Part shown: piece after piece, positions 1 to 9,639 of the stretch | Numbering within the stretch: position 1 is the stretch's first letter | How the letters are laid out: each line of letters opens with the position of its first letter | Position numbers and translations under genes: made by a program | Assembly: GCA_027490975.1 (NCBI GenBank) | Contig: JAIXXA010000035.1 | Coordinates: forward strand, 9,164 to 73,163 | Reading direction: 5' to 3' | DNA length: 64,000 nucleotides | DNA from: Rhodospirillaceae bacterium | GTDB taxonomy: Bacteria; Pseudomonadota; Alphaproteobacteria; CACIAM-22H2 | The notes under the pieces: model-generated | What the model saw: the letters and a program-made list of their open reading frames with translations, nothing else | What the model was told of the DNA's origin: nothing | Databases searched by the model: none

Positions 1-1461
1 GACCGCGGTGCCGGCGCCTACCAATTCACCGGCTACACGCTCTACGACCCGCTGGTCGCCTGGGAAATGAACGTCGCCGAACGTCCGGGCAAACTGATGC
101 CGGGTTTGGCCACCGAATGGACCGTCGATCCGTCCGACAGCAAAAAATGGCTCTTCAAGCTGCGGCCGGGCGTGAAGTTCCACGACGGCTCCGCTTTCGA
201 CGCCGACGCCGTGATCTGGAATTTCGAAAAAGTGCTCAACAATCAAGCACCGCATTTCGACCAGCGCCAGTCGGCACAGGTACGCCCGCGTCTGCCGTCG
301 GTCGCAAGCTACCGCAAGGTCGATGCGATGACGGTCGAAGTGACGACCAAGGCGGTCGACTCGCTGTTCCCCTACCAGATGCTTTGGTTCCTGGTTTCGA
401 GCCCCGCCCAGTACGAAAAACTCGGCCGCAGCTGGGAACGTTTCGCGATGGAACCGTCGGGCACGGGACCGTTCAAGCTGACCCGGCTCGTGCCGCGCGA
501 AAGTGCTGAGATGGTGCGCAATGCCGACTATTGGGACAAGTCGCGCATCGCCAAGCTCGACCGGCTCATCCTCGTCTGCGTTCCCGAAGCCTTGTCGCGC
601 ACCAACGCGATCCTGTCGGGCCAGGTGGACGTGATCGAAGCGCCCGCCCCGGACGCGGTGCCGCGCCTGCGCCAAGCAAACATGCGGATCATCGAAAACG
701 TGACGCCGCATGTGTGGAACTACCATCCCTCGCTGCTGCCGGGCTCGCCTTGGACCGACAAACGCGTGCGCATGGCGGCCAACCTCGCGATCGACCGCAA
801 CGCGGTGTGCCAGCTCTTGGGCGGCCTTGCCAAGCCGGCTGTCGGCCAAGTCGATCCGACCAGCCCGTGGTTCGGCAATCCGAGCTTCAAGATCCGCTAC
901 GACGTCGACGCGGCGCGCAGGCTGATGGCCGAAGCGGGCTATTCGCGCAGCAATCCCTTGCGCACCAGGTTCTTGATCGCGAGCGGCGGTACGGGCCAGA
1001 TGCTGTCGGTGCCGATGAACGAGTTCGTGCAGCAAAGCTTCGCCGAAATCGGCATTGCGCTCGATTTCCGCGTGGTCGAGCTCGAGCCGCTCTACGTCGC
1101 CTGGCGCCAGGGGGCAGCGCACGAATCGCTTCGCGACATCACGGCCAACAACGTGGCGTACGTCACGTCCGATCCGCTCTACGCTTTCATCCGCTTCTTC
1201 CACTCGAGCCAGATTGCGCCCACGGGCGTCAATTGGAGCCACCTGCGCGACGCCGAAATCGACTCGTTGATCGACAGGGCGACGAACTCGTTCAACGCGG
1301 CCGAGCAGGACGCGCTGATGGCCAAGGTGCACGAGCGCGTGGTGGACGAAGCGCTGCTGATCTGGGTCGTGCACGACACCAACCCGCGCGTGCTGGGTCG
1401 CAATGCGCGCGGCTACATCCAGGCCCAGCACTGGTTCCAGGACCTCACGACGCTGTCGTAA
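1..1461 (+). CDS. ABC transporter substrate-binding protein, family 5 (peptide/nickel DppA/OppA-like); 5' end outside window
   Basis: Frame 1 is open from base 1 (DRGAGAYQFTGYTLYDPLVAWEMN...). The 464-aa listed ORF has the length and periplasmic SBP_bac_5-like composition. Stop at 1459-1461. Confidence 0.8.
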   Translation, partial: DRGAGAYQFTGYTLYDPLVAWEMNVAERPGKLMPGLATEWTVDPSDSKKWLFKLRPGVKFHDGSAFDADAVIWNFEKVLNNQAPHFDQRQSAQVRPRLPSVASYRKVDAMTVEVTTKAVDSLFPYQMLWFLVSSPAQYEKLGRSWERFAMEPSGTGPFKLTRLVPRESAEMVRNADYWDKSRIAKLDRLILVCVPEALSRTNAILSGQVDVIEAPAPDAVPRLRQANMRIIENVTPHVWNYHPSLLPGSPWTDKRVRMAANLAIDRNAVCQLLGGLAKPAVGQVDPTSPWFGNPSFKIRYDVDAARRLMAEAGYSRSNPLRTRFLIASGGTGQMLSVPMNEFVQQSFAEIGIALDFRVVELEPLYVAWRQGAAHESLRDITANNVAYVTSDPLYAFIRFFHSSQIAPTGVNWSHLRDAEIDSLIDRATNSFNAAEQDALMAKVHERVVDEALLIWVVHDTNPRVLGRNARGYIQAQHWFQDLTTLS

Positions 1462-1485
1462 GGAAGACGGGTTCGGGGCGGCCGC

Positions 1486-2244
1486 TCAGATGCAGCGGCC
1501 GCCGTCGACCTCGAAGGCAACGCCGGTGATGAATTCGGCCTCGTCCGAGCACAGATAAAGCGCCGCATTGGCGATGTCGGTGGGCGTCGACAGGCGTCCG
1601 AGCGGGATCGACGCTTTGAACTGCGCGCGCTTCTCGGGCGTGTCCTGGCCCATGAAGGTCGCCAAGAGCGGCGTTTCGCCCGCCACCGGGCACAGGCAAT
1701 TGACGCGGATTTTTTCGGGGGCGAGTTCCACGGCCATGCTCTTGGTCAGCGTGATCGCAGCCCCCTTCGAGCCGTTGTACCAGGTAAGGCCCGGACGCGG
1801 GCGCAGGCCCGCCGTCGATGCCGTGTTGAGAAACACCCCGCCCCCGCCCTGGCGCCGAAACACAGGCACGCAGACCTGGGCTGCCAGATAGATCGATTTG
1901 ACGTTGACCGCGAAGACGCGGTCGAACGTCGCCTCGTCGACCGACAGCATCGGCCCGTTCACGTGGCTGATGCCGGCGTTGTTGACGACGATATCGAGCC
2001 GTCCGAAGGCGGCCAGCGTCTTTTCGACCATGCGCTCGGTGTCGGCGCGCGATGCGACGTCGGCAGCAAGGGCGAGCGCTTTGCCGCCCGCGTCCGAAAT
2101 CGCGCGGGCAACGCGCGCGGCCGCTTCGGCATTGAGATCGACGACCGCCACGGCCGCCCCTTCGGCGCCGAAGCGCAGCGCGATCCCTTCTCCGAATCCC
2201 GATCCCGCACCCGTGACGATCGCGATTTTTCCTGCCAGACGCAT
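1486..2244 (-). CDS. SDR family NAD(P)-dependent oxidoreductase
   Basis: MRLAGKIAIVTGAGSGFGEG Rossmann TGxxxGxG motif, NNAG and YNGSKGA catalytic motifs. Internal ATG at residue 60 of the listed ORF gives a typical 252 aa and is preceded by GGGAGAA SD. Confidence 0.85.
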   Translation of the reverse strand: MRLAGKIAIVTGAGSGFGEGIALRFGAEGAAVAVVDLNAEAAARVARAISDAGGKALALAADVASRADTERMVEKTLAAFGRLDIVVNNAGISHVNGPMLSVDEATFDRVFAVNVKSIYLAAQVCVPVFRRQGGGGVFLNTASTAGLRPRPGLTWYNGSKGAAITLTKSMAVELAPEKIRVNCLCPVAGETPLLATFMGQDTPEKRAQFKASIPLGRLSTPTDIANAALYLCSDEAEFITGVAFEVDGGRCI

Positions 2245-2321
2245 GTCGTTTTCTCCCGATGTTCCGCGTTGTTGCGCGACTGTAGCGCTTCCGTGCGGTT
2301 CCGGGCTAGCGTCGGCGCACG

Positions 2322-3800
2322 ATGCCCGAGACGCCCGCCCATTACTGGATCTACGCCGCGACCATCGCGATCGCGACCGTGTGGTTCGCGATTGCGGGCC
2401 TGCGCTCGCCGGATCCTGCACATCGCCGCCTGTCGCTGATCGGCGTGGCCCTGCTCGCGGCGACCGGCGCCTGGCTCGGGCTGCCGCTGCTCGCCGCCCG
2501 CCTCGGCTCGCCGATCCTGCAAGGCCTGCTCGCCGATGCCGGGCGCCTGTTCGGCGTCGTGTGGTGGATCATTTTCGCGCTGTTCACGCTCGTCCTGCTC
2601 GAGCGTTTCGTCTGGCGCATTCTCGCCAGCCGCGAGGTGGGAGCGCCCAAACTGCTGAAAGACGTGGTGCGCGCCCTCGTGCTGATCGTGGCGATGTTCG
2701 GCGTCGTGTCGGCGGCGTTCGACCAGTCTTTCACGGGCGTGCTCGCGGCCTCGGGCGTGCTCGCCGTCGTCATCGGCTTTGCCATGCAATCGACCTTGGC
2801 CGATCTTTTCAGCGGCATCGCGCTCAATCTCGAGCGGCCCTACCGCGTGGGCCATTGGCTGCGCATCGACGGCGCTTTGGCGGGCCAAGTCGTCGAGATT
2901 AATTGGCGCGCCACGCGCCTGCGCTCCTCCGACGGCAACACGGTGGTGCTGCCCAATTCCAAACTCGCGGCCGCCCAGATCGTCAACTACGACATGCCGG
3001 AGGCACGCTATCGCGCGCGCCTCGACGTGCCGCTCGACGCGCGCATCCCGCCGGGCCTTGCCAAGGAAGCGCTGTCGGCCGCCGCTCTCAAAGCGATGCG
3101 CGTGTGCATGGAGCCGCCGCCGACCGTCTCGACCCAGGAAATCCGCGATTCGACGATCCTCTACGAGGTCGCCTACTGGGTCGATACGTTCGACGACGAT
3201 GCGCGCGTGCACGACGAGGTCGCGACCTCGATTTGGTACGCCCTCGACGCCGCCGGCATCGCACTCGGCCAGCCGCGCGCGGCCGAGCCGCCTATGGCGG
3301 TGCGGGTCCTCGATCACGTCGATCTGTTCCGCGAGCTCGAGCCGGCCTTGCGCGCGCGAATTGCCGAGGCCGCCGAGCCCGTGTCGTTCCACGCGGGCGA
3401 CGAGGTGATGCGCGCGGGCGATACGGACAATTCGCTGTTCGTGGTGGCGCGCGGCGTGTTCGAGGTGAGCCTCGAACGCGACGGCGAGCGCGTGCCCGTC
3501 GCTCGCCTGGGCACCGGCGATTTCTTCGGCGAAATGTCGCTGCTGACCGGCAGCCCGCGCAGTGCAAGCGTGATGGCGCTGTGCGACACGTCGGCACTCG
3601 AAATCGGCAAGGAAGCGCTCGGGCCCGTCCTGCAGAGCCATCCCGACCTCGCCAAGCGCCTGGGCGACATTGTGATCGGCCGCAAGCTTGCCAACGACGC
3701 GGCTTTGCGCGCCCTGCCGCCGCGCGAAAGGCGTGCGGCCACGCGCGGCCAGGCCGCCGAGCTGCTCGTGCGCATCCGGCATTTCTTTGCGCTCGACTGA
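2322..3800 (+). CDS. mechanosensitive ion channel (MscS family) with C-terminal cyclic-nucleotide-binding domain
   Basis: N-terminal TM helices, MscS pore-region motifs, and a C-terminal cNMP-binding fold (FGEMSLL...PRSASVMA). No clear SD at 2322. Confidence 0.8.
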   Translation: MPETPAHYWIYAATIAIATVWFAIAGLRSPDPAHRRLSLIGVALLAATGAWLGLPLLAARLGSPILQGLLADAGRLFGVVWWIIFALFTLVLLERFVWRILASREVGAPKLLKDVVRALVLIVAMFGVVSAAFDQSFTGVLAASGVLAVVIGFAMQSTLADLFSGIALNLERPYRVGHWLRIDGALAGQVVEINWRATRLRSSDGNTVVLPNSKLAAAQIVNYDMPEARYRARLDVPLDARIPPGLAKEALSAAALKAMRVCMEPPPTVSTQEIRDSTILYEVAYWVDTFDDDARVHDEVATSIWYALDAAGIALGQPRAAEPPMAVRVLDHVDLFRELEPALRARIAEAAEPVSFHAGDEVMRAGDTDNSLFVVARGVFEVSLERDGERVPVARLGTGDFFGEMSLLTGSPRSASVMALCDTSALEIGKEALGPVLQSHPDLAKRLGDIVIGRKLANDAALRALPPRERRAATRGQAAELLVRIRHFFALD

Positions 3801-3891
3801 TGAAGGCCGACGGAGCGCTTGCGCGCACGGGGGCTCTTCGCCAGTCTTGATGCGCTCCGATTCGAACCGCCGCCAGCGCGAGACGCAAAAG

Positions 3892-5136
3892 ATGGACGCT
3901 CCTTATTTCGACGAGCTTGAAACCCGCGATCCCGGCTTGCGCGAGGCCCGCCATTTCGAGGAATTGCGCCTGCAGATCGAGCACGCGAAAGCCAAAGCGC
4001 CCTATTTCGCCGAATCTCTGGCCGCCGTCGATCCAGGCCAGATCGTCGACCGCGCTTCGCTTGCGGCATTGCCCGTGGTGCGCAAAAGCGATCTCATCGA
4101 GATCCAGAAAAGGAAGCTCGCCGAGCGCGATCCGTTCGGCGGCCTCGCGGCCGAAAAACCCGGCCGACTTGCGCGCATCTACATGTCGCCGGGGCCGATC
4201 TACGATCCCGAGGCGATGCGGCCCGACTATTGGCGCCTCGCGCGCGCTTTGTGGGCCGCCGGCTTCCGGCGCGGCCAGATCGTCCACAATACCTTCAGCT
4301 ACCACCTGACCCCCGCAGGGTCGATGTTCGAAACGGGTGCGCATGCGATCGGCTGTGCGGTGGTGCCCGCAGGCGTGGGCAACACCGAACAGCAGGTGCG
4401 CGCGATCGCCGACATCAGACCCGACGGCTATGCCGGCACGCCGTCTTTCCTCAAAATCCTGCTCGAAAAGGGCAGGGAACTCGGCGTCGATCTTGGCAGC
4501 CTCAAGCTTGCCCTCGTCTCGGGCGAAGCCGTGCCCAAGGCCTTGCGCGGCGAGATGGCGGCTTGCGGCATCGATGTGCGCCAATGCTACGCCAGCGCCG
4601 ATTTGGGCCTCATCGGCTACGAAACCGCACCCGACGAAGGCCTCGTGCTCGACGAATGGATCGTCGTCGAGATCGTGCGTGCCGGCACGGGCACGCCGGT
4701 CGCCGACGGCGAGGTCGGCGAAGTGGTGGTGACCACGCTCAATCCCGACTATCCGCTGATCCGCTTTGCGACGGGCGATCTGTCGATGTTCGTGCCCGGC
4801 ACGTCGTCGTGCGGGCGGACGGCCAAGCGCTTGCGCGGCTGGATGGGACGGGCCGACCAGACCACCAAGGTCAAAGGCATGTTCGTGCATCCGGGCCAGG
4901 TGGCCGAAGCCGCCAAACGCTGCGGCATTTCGCGCTACCGGCTCGTCGTGTCGCGCGTCGGCGACAACGATGCGATGGCGCTGCATGTGGAAGCGGCCCA
5001 CGATGCGGGCCTCGAAGCACGCCTCGTCGAGGCGCTGCAGGCCGCAACCAAACTGCGCGGCACGGTCGCGTTCGCGAAGCCCGGCAGCCTTGCCAACGAC
5101 GGCAAGGTTATCGAAGACGCGCGCAAATACGATTGA
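3892..5136 (+). CDS. phenylacetate--CoA ligase family protein (PaaK/F390 synthetase-like adenylate-forming enzyme)
   Basis: MDAPYFDELETRDP N-terminus typical of the PaaK/CoF390 family; adenylation-domain motifs (YASADLGLIGYET, KVKGMFVHP). An alternative upstream ATG lies at 3850. Confidence 0.75.
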   Translation: MDAPYFDELETRDPGLREARHFEELRLQIEHAKAKAPYFAESLAAVDPGQIVDRASLAALPVVRKSDLIEIQKRKLAERDPFGGLAAEKPGRLARIYMSPGPIYDPEAMRPDYWRLARALWAAGFRRGQIVHNTFSYHLTPAGSMFETGAHAIGCAVVPAGVGNTEQQVRAIADIRPDGYAGTPSFLKILLEKGRELGVDLGSLKLALVSGEAVPKALRGEMAACGIDVRQCYASADLGLIGYETAPDEGLVLDEWIVVEIVRAGTGTPVADGEVGEVVVTTLNPDYPLIRFATGDLSMFVPGTSSCGRTAKRLRGWMGRADQTTKVKGMFVHPGQVAEAAKRCGISRYRLVVSRVGDNDAMALHVEAAHDAGLEARLVEALQAATKLRGTVAFAKPGSLANDGKVIEDARKYD

Positions 5137-5153
5137 CGAAGAAAAGCTGCGTT

Positions 5154-5489
5154 TTACGCAGCTCCGGTGCCGCTCGACAGAAACACGGAAAGCAGCGACT
5201 CGGTCGAGGGATCGGACGGCGTGCGCAGATCCCATGTGCCGGCCACGTCGCCGTCGCCGGTGCGCACGATCGTGCCGCGCCCGCGCACCTCGACCGAACC
5301 CACATCCGAGCGGATGCCGAGCACCAGGTCGAACGCCGCCCCGACCGGCGACCACGGTTTTTCGGCGCGCACGCGCCAGCCATTGCGGCTCCAATCGACG
5401 ATCGCATGGCCGTCGCCGTCGACCAGCAAGGTGCCGCGCAGCACGCCGGCCCGAGCCTGTTTGCGTTTTTCGTCTGGTGTCGCGGTCAT
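5154..5489 (-). CDS. PilZ domain-containing protein (putative c-di-GMP binding)
   Basis: Internal start MTATPDEKRKQAR carries the RxxxR motif, followed by DWSRNG (DxSxxG PilZ signature). 111 aa in a 450-bp gap between flanking genes. Weak SD. Confidence 0.45.
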   Translation of the reverse strand: MTATPDEKRKQARAGVLRGTLLVDGDGHAIVDWSRNGWRVRAEKPWSPVGAAFDLVLGIRSDVGSVEVRGRGTIVRTGDGDVAGTWDLRTPSDPSTESLLSVFLSSGTGAA

Positions 5490-5585
5490 TGCCTGTTTTC
5501 CGTCGCGTCTCGTGGGTCCCCTGCCGAATGCAGGCTTGTCGCAAAGTAAGGGCAATTGCCCGCCGCTGCCAAGCGGCAAAACCGG

Positions 5586-6563
5586 CTAGGACCGGCGAAA
5601 CGCGTAGGTCGCATCGAGCCGTTCGCGCAAATACGCAGCCCCGGTCGTGGGCGGATAAAGCGGCGGCCGATCGGGCCCGGTGCAGCTCGGCAGGCACGCG
5701 ACGGGGGCGTCGCCGTTGGGGTCGAGGAAAAACGGCACCGACCAGCGCTGGCGGCCCGAACGATTGACCACGCGATGCGGCGTGGAGACGTACGTGTCGT
5801 TCGACCAGCGCATCAGGCAGTCGCCGATATTGCAAACGAAAGTGCCGGGCAACGGCGTGGCCGCAATCCAGTCGCCGTTGCGCGCCTGCACTTCGAGCCC
5901 GCCGACCATGTCCTGCCACAGCACCGTGACGTTGCCGTAGTCGGTATGCGGAGCGGCCCCGTACTGGTCCGGCACGAAAGCGCCGGGATGCGGCGGATAA
6001 TGCAGCAGCCGCAGCGTGGCGAGCGGCTTGTCGATCCACTTTTCAAAGAAGCTCTCCGGCATGCCGAGATCGAGCGCAAAAGCGCGATGCAGATCCTGGC
6101 ACAAGGCCAGCATCGCATCGAAATACGCGCACAGGGCCGCTTGGAACGCCGGCATCGCGGACGGCCATTGGTTGGGGCCGCAGAACGGACGCCCGGCGAC
6201 AAGGTCGGGGTCGTCCGCCGCCAGCTCGCGGCCCATATTGAAGCCCTCTTTGAGATCGCCCTTGCGCGTGGGATCGAGCTTTTCGGCCTCGAACGGCACA
6301 TAGCCGCGATTGTGGCGCGAATGCTCGATCGACACGTGTTTTTTCGCGGCCTCGGGCAGCGCGAAAAACGCCTCGGCCTGCGCGCGCAAATCGCCGAGCA
6401 AAACGTCCGGCACGCCGTGGTCGGAGATGTAGAAAAAACCCGTCTGACGGCATGCCGCCCCGATCGCGGCGGCAACGGCCGCATTTGCCGAGCGGTCGCG
6501 CAACGCGCCGATCGCAATGACGGGAATTTCGCCGGGCAACGGAGATCGTGCTGGGGCCGACAT
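5586..6563 (-). CDS. 2OG-Fe(II) oxygenase (isopenicillin N synthase-like family)
   Basis: HxD...H iron-binding facial triad (HTDYG...H) and RxS 2-oxoglutarate motif context. Strong SD GAAGGAGCAG upstream of ATG at 6563. Confidence 0.85.
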   Translation of the reverse strand: MSAPARSPLPGEIPVIAIGALRDRSANAAVAAAIGAACRQTGFFYISDHGVPDVLLGDLRAQAEAFFALPEAAKKHVSIEHSRHNRGYVPFEAEKLDPTRKGDLKEGFNMGRELAADDPDLVAGRPFCGPNQWPSAMPAFQAALCAYFDAMLALCQDLHRAFALDLGMPESFFEKWIDKPLATLRLLHYPPHPGAFVPDQYGAAPHTDYGNVTVLWQDMVGGLEVQARNGDWIAATPLPGTFVCNIGDCLMRWSNDTYVSTPHRVVNRSGRQRWSVPFFLDPNGDAPVACLPSCTGPDRPPLYPPTTGAAYLRERLDATYAFRRS

Positions 6564-6578
6564 GGCGTCGCTGCTCCT

Positions 6579-7460
6579 TCAGCGCGTGCGGAAGCCGCCG
6601 GTAATGGCGTGGATCAGGATGGCGGCCGTAGCGGCGACGTTCAAGGATTGTATGGGGCCGGCCGGCGGCAACGTGGCGACATGCGCGCACACGGCCAAGG
6701 TCGCCGCACTCAACCCCTCTTCCTCGTTGCCGAGCACCAAGCACACGGGCTTGGGACCGGTCGCAAGTTTCTGCATCGGCATCGGTGCCCCCGTGCCGAG
6801 GGCCGTGCCGACGACGGTATAGAAGGCGCTCAAACGGCGCAGCACGTCGGGCAGGCGATGCAGGCGATACACGTCGAGCCACACGAGCCCGCCCTCCGAC
6901 ACGCGATAGGCGGCCTCCGACGGGGCGGCCTGCGCTGGATGGTCGCTGATCGCCAGATGCGGCAGGCCGAAAAAGGCCGCCGTGCGTGCGATCGCCCCCA
7001 GATTGTGCGGGTTGCCGATGCCGTCGAGGATCACGAGCGGCTGCCAGCGCTTGGCCCATTCCTGCGCCTGACCCAAATCGAACTGGCGCACGGGCCGCGG
7101 GGCCGTCTCGGCGACAATGCCGCCATTGAGCGGCGTGCCCGCGATTTTCGCCAAGGCTTCGTCCGGCACGATGCGGTGCGCGATGTTGCGCGCGGTTGCC
7201 TCGCGCAAGAGATCGCTCGCCGCCTGCGCCATGCCGGGCGTTACGAGCAGGCGCTGCACCGCTTCGGGTGCGCGCGCAAACAGCGCCGCCACGCTCGGCA
7301 GGCCGGCTATGCGCAAGATTTCGCGCCGATGCTGGCGCTCCGGCTCTTGGCCGTGGGCGCCGTGCTTTTGGGCGCCCGGCTTGTGGGCGCCAGGCCTGCG
7401 GTCGCCGGGCTTGCGGGGACTGCCGGTTCGGTTCGGATTGCGGGGCGGAAAGCGTTTCAT
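6579..7460 (-). CDS. TrmH/SpoU family RNA 2'-O-methyltransferase (RlmB-like, basic N-terminal extension)
   Basis: SpoU methylase motifs (LVILDGIGNPHNLGAIARTA, LVLGNEEEGLS, IPM...SLNVA). Start MKRFPP at residue 22 of the listed ORF. Stop lies 15 nt before the start of the downstream oxygenase. Confidence 0.8.
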   Translation of the reverse strand: MKRFPPRNPNRTGSPRKPGDRRPGAHKPGAQKHGAHGQEPERQHRREILRIAGLPSVAALFARAPEAVQRLLVTPGMAQAASDLLREATARNIAHRIVPDEALAKIAGTPLNGGIVAETAPRPVRQFDLGQAQEWAKRWQPLVILDGIGNPHNLGAIARTAAFFGLPHLAISDHPAQAAPSEAAYRVSEGGLVWLDVYRLHRLPDVLRRLSAFYTVVGTALGTGAPMPMQKLATGPKPVCLVLGNEEEGLSAATLAVCAHVATLPPAGPIQSLNVAATAAILIHAITGGFRTR

Positions 7461-7577
7461 ATGCCAGACCCTTAGCGCGAATGGCGGCCCGGCGCCATCG
7501 GCAAGGGCGCTATCAATTGCCACGGCGGGGCGAACCCCTTATCTTCGCGCTCCCTTTTTGTTTTTGGAAACCGACAC

Positions 7578-9479
7578 ATGGACGCCTCTTCCGCCCCAAA
7601 TATCGGCCCCGATCTCGACCGCATGCGGCATTCCTGCTCGCACGTGCTGGCGGCGGCCGTGCTCAAACTCTTTCCGGACGCCAAGCTCGGCGTGGGGCCG
7701 GCGACCGATTCGGGCTTCTACTACGACATCGAAACGCCGGCTCCGCTCACGACCGAAGACCTGCCCAAGATCGAAGCCGAGATGCGCAAGATCCGCGAGC
7801 GCAAAGTGCCGTTCGTGCGCCGCGAAGTGCCGATCGGCGAAGCGGTCGCGTTCATGGAATCGACGAAGCAGAGCTACAAGGTCGAGTTGCTCGAGATGCT
7901 GCGCACGCGCGGCTCCACGGCGGCCAAAGGCCTCGAAGATCCCAACCTCGTCGAAGCCGGGGCTGCCGGCGTTTCGTCCGTGTCGCTCTACCAGCTCGGC
8001 GAATTCACCGACCTTTGCCGCGGCCCCCATGTCGAGCATTCGGGCCAGGTCGGCGCGTTCCGGCTGATGAAACTCGCCGGCGCCTATTGGCGCGGCGATT
8101 CGCGCAATCCGCAGCTCACGCGCGTCTACGGCACGTGCTGGGCCAACGAGAACGATCTCAAAGCCTATCTGCACCGCCTCGAAGAAGCCGAGAAGCGCGA
8201 CCATCGCAAGCTCGGAGCCGCCATGCAGCTCTTCCATCTGCAGGAAGAAGCGCCCGGTGCGATCTTCTGGCACCCGAAAGGCTGGACGCTGTTCCGCACG
8301 ATCGAGCGCTACATGCGCACGCGCCTCGACGCCGACGGCTACGTCGAAGTCAAAACGCCGCAGCTCGTCGATCGCGTTTTCTGGGAGAAATCCGGCCACT
8401 GGGAGAATTACCGCGACGCGATGTTCGTGGCGACCCCCGGCAAAGAGGGCGAAGAGGTCGACCGGCTCTACGCCATCAAGCCGATGAACTGCCCGGGTGC
8501 GGTGCAGATCTTCCGCCAGGGCCAACGCAGCTACCGCGAATTGCCGCTGCGCTTGGCGGAGTTCGGCGCGTGCCATCGCTACGAGCCGTCGGGGGCTTTG
8601 CACGGCATCATGCGCGTTCGCGCCTTCACCCAGGACGATGCCCATATCTTCTGCACCGAAGACCAGATCCCGGACGAGTCGAAGCGCTTCTGCGACCTTC
8701 TGCGCTCGATCTACGCCGATTTCGGCTTCAAGGATCTGCTCGTCAAATTCTCCGACCGGCCGGAAAAGCGCGCCGGCGCCGACGACATCTGGGACAAAGC
8801 CGAATCCGCCCTTGAAAAAGGGTCGGCCGCGGCCGGCCTCACGACGACGCGCAATCCGGGCGAAGGCGCTTTCTACGGGCCGAAGCTCGAATTCGTGCTG
8901 CGCGACGCGATCGGCCGCGACTGGCAGTGCGGCACGCTGCAGGTCGATTTCGTGCTGCCCGAGCGGCTCGACGCGAGCTATATCGGCGAAGACGGCGCCA
9001 AGCATCGCCCGGTGATGCTGCACCGCGCGATCCTGGGTTCGTTCGAGCGCTTCATCGGCATTCTGATCGAGAACTACGCGGGCCGCCTGCCCACATGGCT
9101 GTCGCCGATCCAGGCGCGCATGGTGCCGATCGCCGACCGCCACGTGGATTTCGCGCGCGACTTTGCCCGCCGCTTGATGGCGGCCGAACTGCCGCAGACG
9201 GACGGCGGCATTCGCATCGACGTCGACGATTCGACCGAGCGCATGCAAAAGAAAATCCGCAACGCGCAGCTCGAGCAGATTCCCTACATGCTCGTGGCCG
9301 GCGACAAAGAAGCGGCCGAAGGCAAGGTCGCAGTGCGCTTGCGCTCGGGCCAGGATCTGGGGGCGATGACTGTCGACGAAGTGATTGCGCGCATTCGCGG
9401 CGAGGTTGCCACGCGCGCCGATCTGCCGCCGCCGCAAACGCCGTCTCAGCAGACGCCGACCCAGGCAAAGGCACCGTAG
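7578..9479 (+). CDS. thrS: threonine--tRNA ligase lacking the N-terminal TGS domain
   Basis: Protein begins directly at the N2/editing-domain HxxxH motif (HSCSHVL). Class II catalytic motifs follow (RDHRKLG, FRLxExG, GPKLEF), then an anticodon-binding domain and a Pro/Gln/Thr-rich C-terminal tail. No in-frame upstream start; the upstream space is occupied by the divergent rlmB-like gene. Confidence 0.85.
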   Translation: MDASSAPNIGPDLDRMRHSCSHVLAAAVLKLFPDAKLGVGPATDSGFYYDIETPAPLTTEDLPKIEAEMRKIRERKVPFVRREVPIGEAVAFMESTKQSYKVELLEMLRTRGSTAAKGLEDPNLVEAGAAGVSSVSLYQLGEFTDLCRGPHVEHSGQVGAFRLMKLAGAYWRGDSRNPQLTRVYGTCWANENDLKAYLHRLEEAEKRDHRKLGAAMQLFHLQEEAPGAIFWHPKGWTLFRTIERYMRTRLDADGYVEVKTPQLVDRVFWEKSGHWENYRDAMFVATPGKEGEEVDRLYAIKPMNCPGAVQIFRQGQRSYRELPLRLAEFGACHRYEPSGALHGIMRVRAFTQDDAHIFCTEDQIPDESKRFCDLLRSIYADFGFKDLLVKFSDRPEKRAGADDIWDKAESALEKGSAAAGLTTTRNPGEGAFYGPKLEFVLRDAIGRDWQCGTLQVDFVLPERLDASYIGEDGAKHRPVMLHRAILGSFERFIGILIENYAGRLPTWLSPIQARMVPIADRHVDFARDFARRLMAAELPQTDGGIRIDVDDSTERMQKKIRNAQLEQIPYMLVAGDKEAAEGKVAVRLRSGQDLGAMTVDEVIARIRGEVATRADLPPPQTPSQQTPTQAKAP

Positions 9480-9639
9480 CAAGCATCGAAAAGACCGTTC
9501 AGCACGGCGAAGACCGCAAGATCGAGCACGATCAGGGCGGCGAGGATCGGCACGGCAAAACGCCACAGCAGCAGCGGCACGAGCGCCCAGGTGCGGCGCG
9601 GGGCCGCAATACTGAAGCCGTAAACGGTATTTCTGTTTT

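Noticed and set aside
3292-6039. 915-aa minus-strand ORF spanning several plus-strand genes
   Set aside because: Arg/Ala/Gly-rich with no motifs. It is an antisense shadow of the MscS, PaaK-like and neighbouring genes, produced by the high GC content.
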